This document shows positions 58,218 through 64,000 of a DNA stretch of 64,000 nt, piece by piece. Under the pieces are notes generated by a model. It did not search any database. It was not told where the DNA came from and saw nothing but the letters and a program-made list of their open reading frames with translations. Position numbers and translations under genes: made by a program. The first letter of the stretch is position 1; the number at the start of each line of letters is the position of its first letter. The DNA is from an uncultured Verrucomicrobiota bacterium (GTDB taxonomy: Bacteria > Verrucomicrobiota > Kiritimatiellia > CAIVKH01), in contig CAZCZZ010000002.1 in the NCBI GenBank assembly GCA_964503335.1, positions 50,164 to 114,163 of the forward strand, given 5' to 3'.

Positions 58218-60206
58218 CTACAGGGGAGAGGGTTGCCTCGCCGCCGGCGCATTCGTGGAAAAGAAGGCCTCGGTGAGTTCGCCGTTCAAGGTCGCGGCGC
58301 GCTCGCGGGCCTTCGAGGCTGCCACGTCATTGCCCGCGAGCGAATAGGCCTTGCTCAGCCAGAGCCAGGCGAGCGGCGCCTTGGGCATCCTTCTGGCGGC
58401 GATCTCGAGCGGTTCCACGGCCTCAAGGTGGCGTCCGAGTTGGACACGGCAGACGCCAAGTCCCATCCATGCAGTCGCCATCGTCGGGCTGCCGTCCACC
58501 AGGATTTCATACAGAGCCTCCGCTTCCCGGAATCTGCCGAGGTCCTGGAAGAAGCTTGCAGCCCCCGCGATGCGCGGCGATGGCGCAGGATAGGCCTTCG
58601 AGCGGACTGCCTTTGCGTAGGCCTTGCGCTCGTCTTCAAGCAGATCGAGGCCCCCCTGCTGAAGTTCCTTGTTGGCGAGGAGCACCGTCCATGGGGAGGG
58701 ATTCGCGACAAAGAGAGCGGACAGGCCGTCGAAGTAGGCGAGGATCCACTTTCGTGAAGCAAGCAGGTGCCGCACGATCATGGTCGAGCCCGGTGATGCA
58801 CAGTTCAGTAGAACGGCCTCCGGTGCACCGCCTGCCTCCAGGATCTTCGTGCTGTCCACATCGCCCATCAAAGCCTTGGCAACAATGGAGTACGCGTTTG
58901 CGCCAAGCAGGGCCGCGCGCTGGTCCAGCATCACCTTCCTGCCCGGCGTGGACCAGAGCAGGAAGCCTCCGTCATGCATCAGGTTGATCGTCCTGGCCGT
59001 AAAGGACGGCTGTCCGACGAGCTTGTCCACGACAGCGGACGGGAAGAGCGATTGCGAAAGGCCAATGCCGAATGAAGACGTGCTTCCGGACCTGTTCAGG
59101 TAGCGGTTGCTCATATGGGTCGCCGCCCCCGTGAGCAGAAGTGCAAGCAGGGCGATTCTGGAATACGTGCCTGCCTTCTCCCTCAACGCCGTTTGTGGCA
59201 GGGATGCGGCCAGGATGTCCCCCAGCGAAGCCAGGCTCAGGCACAGGAAAGGAAACACAAGGACTGCGGCCGCATCGGCAAAGTTCGGCGACCGAAACGC
59301 GAGAAATGCGCCGCACGCGCCCAGCGCGGTGTAGGCGAGCGGGAGGCGATGGCGGCACGTGACAAACGCCGAGGCAACGAGGGCGACGACGGCGTAGCGT
59401 GACCACGTCCCGGTCGATGTGCCGAAGTAGGGATACAGCATCGATATCCAGTCGTTGGCGATCGTTGCGACAGGCGATGTCAGCCCGCTGAACGCCGCGG
59501 GAAGGAGACGAGCCGCATACGGATTGATCAGGGCAACCACGAGGCACGCTGCTGCGATGGACGCGCGCTTCATCATGGCGGACGGCGAACGGCTCTCCCC
59601 GTCAAAGTATCTCGCCGCGGCGAACACGATGCAGAGCAAGGGTCCCAGGAGAAAAGAAGGATGCAGGTTTGCCCAGAGCAGTTGGACGGCCAGAATGGCC
59701 GCCAATCTGCGCTTCGAGATGACATCGCAGTCCAGAAGGAGAATAAAGAGAGCCAGTATCGGAAGTGTGAAGAGGAATGGGCCGACCCCGAGAAGTGGAG
59801 CGATAAGCCAGCCACTGATCCAGAGAGCCCAGGGAATTGCTGCCGACCACGCTTTACGGCTTCCCGCTATGCGCGCGAGAAGGTAGAAGGCAACACCGAC
59901 CGCCAGCGCGTGGGTGAGTACTATGCCGCCGGGTCCCGTCGTACTGAAGAGTGTGTAGAGGATGCGGTCGTAGAGCCAGGACGTGTTGATCCACGGCGTC
60001 CCTTCGGGCACGGACAGCGAAAAGGGGTCCGTAGCGGGAACGCCGTGTTCCGCAATATAGCGGCCCGACGCGAGATGAAGCCAGAAGCTGGGTGTGCCGA
60101 CGGTGCGGAGACCGGCCAGGACAATCACGAGAAGGCCAAGCACAACCAGGGTGCGATCAAGAATCCGGCAACGCTCCGATGAATCCGCAGCAGCTTCCAT
60201 GGGCAC
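58218..60206 (-). CDS. Polytopic membrane protein with C-terminal TPR repeats (GT-C / DUF2723-like putative glycosyltransferase).
   Basis: About 12 predicted TM helices in the N-terminal 450 aa, rich in W/L/A/F. The C-terminal ~150 aa form TPR-like helical pairs ('EAEALYEILVDGSPTMATAWMGLGVCRVQLGRHLEAVEPLEIAARRMPKAPLAWLWLSKAYSLAG'). Confidence 0.6.
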   Translation of the reverse strand: MPMEAAADSSERCRILDRTLVVLGLLVIVLAGLRTVGTPSFWLHLASGRYIAEHGVPATDPFSLSVPEGTPWINTSWLYDRILYTLFSTTGPGGIVLTHALAVGVAFYLLARIAGSRKAWSAAIPWALWISGWLIAPLLGVGPFLFTLPILALFILLLDCDVISKRRLAAILAVQLLWANLHPSFLLGPLLCIVFAAARYFDGESRSPSAMMKRASIAAACLVVALINPYAARLLPAAFSGLTSPVATIANDWISMLYPYFGTSTGTWSRYAVVALVASAFVTCRHRLPLAYTALGACGAFLAFRSPNFADAAAVLVFPFLCLSLASLGDILAASLPQTALREKAGTYSRIALLALLLTGAATHMSNRYLNRSGSTSSFGIGLSQSLFPSAVVDKLVGQPSFTARTINLMHDGGFLLWSTPGRKVMLDQRAALLGANAYSIVAKALMGDVDSTKILEAGGAPEAVLLNCASPGSTMIVRHLLASRKWILAYFDGLSALFVANPSPWTVLLANKELQQGGLDLLEDERKAYAKAVRSKAYPAPSPRIAGAASFFQDLGRFREAEALYEILVDGSPTMATAWMGLGVCRVQLGRHLEAVEPLEIAARRMPKAPLAWLWLSKAYSLAGNDVAASKARERAATLNGELTEAFFSTNAPAARQPSPL

Positions 60207-60289
60207 ATCTTCCTCTCGAGGCTGATCAGCCAGCCCTGCGCATTCTCGTTAATCTCCCGTAAGGGGCAAGAGACAAAATGGGTGTCGGC

Positions 60290-61003
60290 CTACCTGCCGG
60301 GATTATCGAGCAGGGACGGGGCACGCAGCGGCTCATCGTCCTGCATCCCTTGGCCCGTCTCAGGATTCAGCGCATCAGAACGCAAATCCTCACCCGTCGT
60401 GGTTCCCAGGCGGAGCGGGGAAACTGTCGCGCTGCTGGCATCGTCGGCCGTCGAAGCCGCATCCGCGGCATGGGTTGAAGCCGCCTCTCGCGCCTTCGGG
60501 GCTAAATCGTGGAGCATCTCGCGAAATAGGCTCGTATAGCGGATGCGGTCAAACCATGGAGAATGAACCCAGAGCTTGAATGCTTCCGCGTTCATTTTCC
60601 GATGGGCTCGACGAAGCCAGCCGACGCTCTCGGGTGTACTTCCGTCCCCCGCGTAAAGGGCGGCCAGGGCCATGGCGGGTTGGTAACCTGAACCCTCGTC
60701 GCGTGTGGCGCGCAAGAGATGTCCGACCGCCTCAATGAGGTCGCCGCCGCGCCATGCACAGACGCCGCCCACGAGCGCGACATGCCAGTCGGTTGTCGCC
60801 TCCAGAACTTCCCGCTGCGCGATGGCGCAAAGCGAGTCCAAGGCCCCGTCATCCATCCTTGCCTCGACGACTGCCAGTGCGAAGGCGGAGGTTGCGACGC
60901 CTTCCGGCGCTGGAAGGAAATCACCATACCGTGTGGGCGCTGCAGCCAGCGGTGTCACATACCCGAACAGCGCCACCGGAAGGACGAGAATCAGGCTCTT
61001 CAT
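60290..61003 (-). CDS. Secreted hypothetical protein with TPR/Sel1-like helical repeats (start MKSLILVLPV at 61003).
   Basis: Signal peptide 'MKSLILVLPVALFGYVTPLAAA'. No recognisable catalytic motif; low-complexity acidic C-terminus. Confidence 0.45.
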   Translation of the reverse strand: MKSLILVLPVALFGYVTPLAAAPTRYGDFLPAPEGVATSAFALAVVEARMDDGALDSLCAIAQREVLEATTDWHVALVGGVCAWRGGDLIEAVGHLLRATRDEGSGYQPAMALAALYAGDGSTPESVGWLRRAHRKMNAEAFKLWVHSPWFDRIRYTSLFREMLHDLAPKAREAASTHAADAASTADDASSATVSPLRLGTTTGEDLRSDALNPETGQGMQDDEPLRAPSLLDNPGR

Positions 61004-61082
61004 TGCGGTCTTGTCAAATCCTCTTGCTGAAATCGACGGTGACTTCATACCATGCCGCCCACCGCGCGTAACGGCGAAATCC

Positions 61083-62243
61083 ATGAAGATCCACGAATAC
61101 CAAGCTAAAGAACTGTTCTGTGCCTACGATATTCCCACCCAGGGCGGTCGTCTGGCCCACACCCCCGATGAAGCCGCAACGGCGGCTCGCGAGATGGGTC
61201 GCATGGTCGTCGTCAAAGCCCAGGTCCATGTCGGCGGCCGCGGCAAGGCCGGCGGCGTGAAGCTGGCGAATACGCCTGACGAGGCGAGGGAGAGAGCCTC
61301 GAAGATCCTCGGCATGGACATCAAGGGCATCACGGTCCGCAAGGTCCTGATTGCCGACGCGGCCGACATCGCGAAGGAAGCATACCTCGCCGTAACGCTT
61401 GATCGCACGAACAAGGGCATCCTCTTTATCGCCAGCGCCGCGGGCGGCATCGACATCGAGGAGGTCGCGGCGACCCAGCCCGAGAAAATCCTCCGCGTCT
61501 CCACGCAGTCCAAGACCTTTCCCGAAACCGATGCACGGAAGGCCGCCGCAGCACTCCTCGGCGCGGAGCACGAGGCCGCGGTGCTCGATATCATGCGGAA
61601 GATCTTCAAGCTCTTCGTGGAGAAGGATTGCTCGCTCGTGGAGATCAATCCGCTCGTTCTCACACCTGATGGCAAGGTCGTTGCCGTCGACGGGAAGATC
61701 AACTTCGACGACAACGCGCTGTTCCGTCATCCCGAAATCGAAGCCCTGCGCGATATTGCAGAAGAAGACGCCAACGAACTCGAAGCCAAGGCGAAGGGCC
61801 TCAGCTACGTCCAGCTTGATGGCAATATCGGCTGTATGGTCAACGGCGCCGGACTCGCGATGGCGACGATGGACATGATCAAGCTCTTCGGCGGACAGCC
61901 CGCGAACTTCCTCGACGTCGGCGGCAGCTCGAACCCGGAGAAGGTCGTGAGCGCTTTCCGCATCCTGCTCGGCACCGGGAAGGTGAAGGCCGTGCTCATC
62001 AATATCTTCGGCGGCATCACGCGCTGTGATGACATCGCACGGGGCATCCTTGAAGCCTTCAAGCAGATGACGATTTCCGTTCCCGTGGTTTGTCGTCTCA
62101 CGGGCACCAATTCCGCGGAAGGCCTGGCCCTCTTGAAGGGGTCCAGCCTGATCCCCGCGGCGACGTTCTCCGAAGCCGTGCGGCGCGTCGTTGAAGCTGC
62201 AGGCGGACCGGTTGTGGAGGATGCCGATGAGCATTCTGATTAA
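61083..62243 (+). CDS. sucC: Succinyl-CoA synthetase beta subunit (ADP-forming).
   Basis: '[22 protein letters not shown]' ATP-grasp N-terminus and a CoA-ligase C-terminal domain; 386 aa. The ORF-track start at 60705 is an upstream extension. Confidence 0.9.
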   Translation: MKIHEYQAKELFCAYDIPTQGGRLAHTPDEAATAAREMGRMVVVKAQVHVGGRGKAGGVKLANTPDEARERASKILGMDIKGITVRKVLIADAADIAKEAYLAVTLDRTNKGILFIASAAGGIDIEEVAATQPEKILRVSTQSKTFPETDARKAAAALLGAEHEAAVLDIMRKIFKLFVEKDCSLVEINPLVLTPDGKVVAVDGKINFDDNALFRHPEIEALRDIAEEDANELEAKAKGLSYVQLDGNIGCMVNGAGLAMATMDMIKLFGGQPANFLDVGGSSNPEKVVSAFRILLGTGKVKAVLINIFGGITRCDDIARGILEAFKQMTISVPVVCRLTGTNSAEGLALLKGSSLIPAATFSEAVRRVVEAAGGPVVEDADEHSD

Positions 62244-63099
62244 TCAAGATACGCGCGTCATCGTACAGGGCATCACCGGACGCGATGGCTCCTTCCATGC
62301 CAAGGGCATGCTCGACTACGGCACGAAGGTGGTCGGTGGCGTCACCCCGGGCAAGGGCGGCCAGCAAGTTCACGGTGTTCCTGTCTTTAACTCCGTCAAG
62401 GAAGCCGTGGCGGCCACGAAGGCCAATGCGACGGTGATCTATGTTCCCGCGCCGTACTGCAAGGCAGCGATCCGCGAAGCGGCTGACGCGGGCGTCCCGC
62501 TGATCATCGCGATCACGGAAGGTATTCCCGTCCTCGACATGATGGATGTCTATCACGAGGTGCGTGCCAAAGGGCTGCGCCTCATCGGCCCGAACTGCCC
62601 CGGCCTTATTTCACCCGGCTCATGCAAGATCGGCATCATGCCCGGCTCGATCCACAAGCCGGGCCGCGTCGGTGTGATTTCGCGCAGCGGCACACTGACG
62701 TATGAAATCGTGCACGCGTTGACGTCGCTCGGCATCGGTCAGTCGACCTGCGTCGGCATCGGTGGCGATCCGATTGTCGGCACCGGTCCTATGGATTTGC
62801 TCCCGCTTTTCGAAGCCGACCCCGGCACGGATGCGATGGTCGTGGTCGGTGAAATCGGCGGCGACGAAGAAGAACGCACCGCCGCCTTCATCAAGCAGCA
62901 CATCAAGAAACCCGTCTTCGCCTACATCGTCGGCATCACCGCCCCCGAAGGCAAACGCATGGGCCACGCCGGCGCCATCGTATCGGGCGGCAGCGGCACC
63001 GCCGCCTCGAAACTCAAAGCCTTCTCCCACGCCGGCGTCCCCGTCGCCAACACGATCGACGAGCTGGCTGACCTCGTTCACGACGCCCTCAAGCGATAG
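62227..63099 (+). CDS. sucD: Succinyl-CoA synthetase alpha subunit.
   Basis: '[24 protein letters not shown]', 'SRSGTLTYE' and the phospho-His loop '[10 protein letters not shown]'; 290 aa. It overlaps sucC by 17 nt. Confidence 0.9.
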   Translation: MSILINQDTRVIVQGITGRDGSFHAKGMLDYGTKVVGGVTPGKGGQQVHGVPVFNSVKEAVAATKANATVIYVPAPYCKAAIREAADAGVPLIIAITEGIPVLDMMDVYHEVRAKGLRLIGPNCPGLISPGSCKIGIMPGSIHKPGRVGVISRSGTLTYEIVHALTSLGIGQSTCVGIGGDPIVGTGPMDLLPLFEADPGTDAMVVVGEIGGDEEERTAAFIKQHIKKPVFAYIVGITAPEGKRMGHAGAIVSGGSGTAASKLKAFSHAGVPVANTIDELADLVHDALKR

Positions 63100-63126
63100 C
63101 TGAGGCAGAGAGGAAATCTCTTGGTA

Positions 63127-63180
63127 GGGACGCGACTCCGCTCGCGTCCGCTCTTCGGCCCGGAACGGAGTCCGGGCCCC
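63127..63180. terminator. Two adjacent GC hairpins (ggacgcga-ctccgct-cgcgtcc and ggcccgg-aacggag-tccgggcc) between the convergent sucD and pirin genes.
   Basis: Inverted repeats read directly from the sequence. Confidence 0.4.
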
Positions 63181-63225
63181 ACCAGGAAGAATGCAGCGAT
63201 TCAATATAACTTAGGCGTCGTCGGG

Positions 63226-64000
63226 CTATTCCGGCAAGGACCCCATCTTGCCGCTCTGAAAGTCGATCATTGCCTGGCGGAGTTCGCCTTTTGTGTTCAT
63301 GACGAAAGGGCCTTGGGCGGCGATGGGTTCGTGAATGATTTCACCGTTGAGCAGGAGGATCGTGGAGTCTTCCTTCGCGTCGATGCTCACGAGGTCACCG
63401 GCTGTATTCAAGATCGCCATCTCGGCGTTGCCCATCGGCACATCGCCGCAGACGGTAACGCTTCCCTTCAGCACAAACACGGCCGTCATGTAGCCTTCGG
63501 GAACGGTGAGCGACACCGTCTTCCCCGCCTTCAGCCGGATGTCCCACAGGTTGATCGGGGTAAACGTTTCGGCGGGTCCCTTGTGACCGTCATGCGATCC
63601 CGCGATGATTCGAATCGTTCCGCTGTCGTTCGGCAGGGTGACTACCGGAATGCTCGCGTTCAAAATCGACTGGTAACGGGGCGCGGCGGCTTTGTCCCGT
63701 GCGGGTAGATTCACCCAGAGCTGCACCATTTCAAACAGGCCACCGCGCCGGGCGAAATCGCGCGAGTGGAATTCCTCGTGAAGGATGCCGGAGGCGGCGG
63801 TCATCCACTGCACGTCACCGGGTCCGATCACGCCGTGATGGCCGACAGAGTCGCGATGCTCCACTTCTCCGGCGTAGACGATCGTAACGGTCTCAAAGCC
63901 TTTGTGCGGATGTCCGTCGACGCCGCGTCGCTCTTCGGTCGGCGTGAACGTCGCGGGTCCCGCATAGTCCATCATGAGGAACGGACTGATCGACGGTGTG
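63226..64000 (-). CDS. Pirin-family (cupin) protein, 5'-partial: the N-terminus probably extends past the window end.
   Basis: Cupin metal-binding motif 'HPHKGFETVTIVYAGEVEHRDSVGHHGVIGPGDVQWMTAASGILHEEF' and a C-terminal pirin domain. The reading frame reaches the window edge. Confidence 0.8.
   Translation of the reverse strand, partial: TPSISPFLMMDYAGPATFTPTEERRGVDGHPHKGFETVTIVYAGEVEHRDSVGHHGVIGPGDVQWMTAASGILHEEFHSRDFARRGGLFEMVQLWVNLPARDKAAAPRYQSILNASIPVVTLPNDSGTIRIIAGSHDGHKGPAETFTPINLWDIRLKAGKTVSLTVPEGYMTAVFVLKGSVTVCGDVPMGNAEMAILNTAGDLVSIDAKEDSTILLLNGEIIHEPIAAQGPFVMNTKGELRQAMIDFQSGKMGSLPE

Noticed and set aside
60705-61082. N-terminal 126-aa extension of the sucC ORF overlapping the 60290-61003 minus-strand gene.
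   Set aside because: The conserved SucC N-terminus '[12 protein letters not shown]' begins at 61083, and the upstream extension is Pro/Arg/Ser-rich with no homology signal.
1-64000. Scan for CRISPR arrays, tRNA/rRNA genes and insertion-sequence transposases.
   Set aside because: No regularly spaced direct repeats, no cloverleaf-like candidates in the few intergenic regions, and no transposase/integrase-like ORF. Essentially all non-coding DNA is accounted for by promoter regions and hairpin terminators.

Overview
High-GC (~60%) bacterial chromosomal window. The PATR beta-strand repeats and the giant-protein architecture suggest a Verrucomicrobiota-like host (inference, not proven). The housekeeping backbone consists of the 3' end of an araC-like regulator, upp, nth, the rpsO-pnp operon, sucC-sucD and a pirin gene. 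Between the convergent araC-like and upp genes sits a small toxin-antitoxin cassette. It is bracketed by two inverted copies of a ~100-bp MITE-like palindromic element, and an operator-like palindrome lies in front of the antitoxin. About 52 kb of the window (>80%) is taken up by four very large secreted proteins: (i) a 2.8k-aa protein that fuses a GH13 alpha-amylase domain, Ca-binding TSP3-like repeats and a GH57-like domain; (ii) a 7.3k-aa protein with PATR repeats, choice-of-anchor-D-like, FN3, LamG-like and cadherin-like modules and an embedded, complete double-HKD phospholipase-D/Nuc-like domain; (iii) a 5.8k-aa paralogous giant carrying a Calx-beta domain followed by an EEP (DNase I-like) domain; (iv) an 897-aa protein with two Calx-beta domains and a lamin-tail domain (LTD), the module typical of ExeM/NucH extracellular nucleases. 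A 290-aa secreted protein sits between the two giants and is translationally coupled to the second one (ATGA overlap). Two distinct conserved C-terminal modules recur across these proteins: a dockerin-like double Ca2+ loop plus beta-domain in the amylase, the 290-aa and the 897-aa proteins, and a ~330-aa tail shared by the two giants. The 15.1-58.2 kb stretch looks like a previously undescribed multi-component cell-surface nuclease/adhesion locus. A TPR-containing polytopic membrane protein (GT-C-like) lies next to it. No rRNA, tRNA or CRISPR array was seen.
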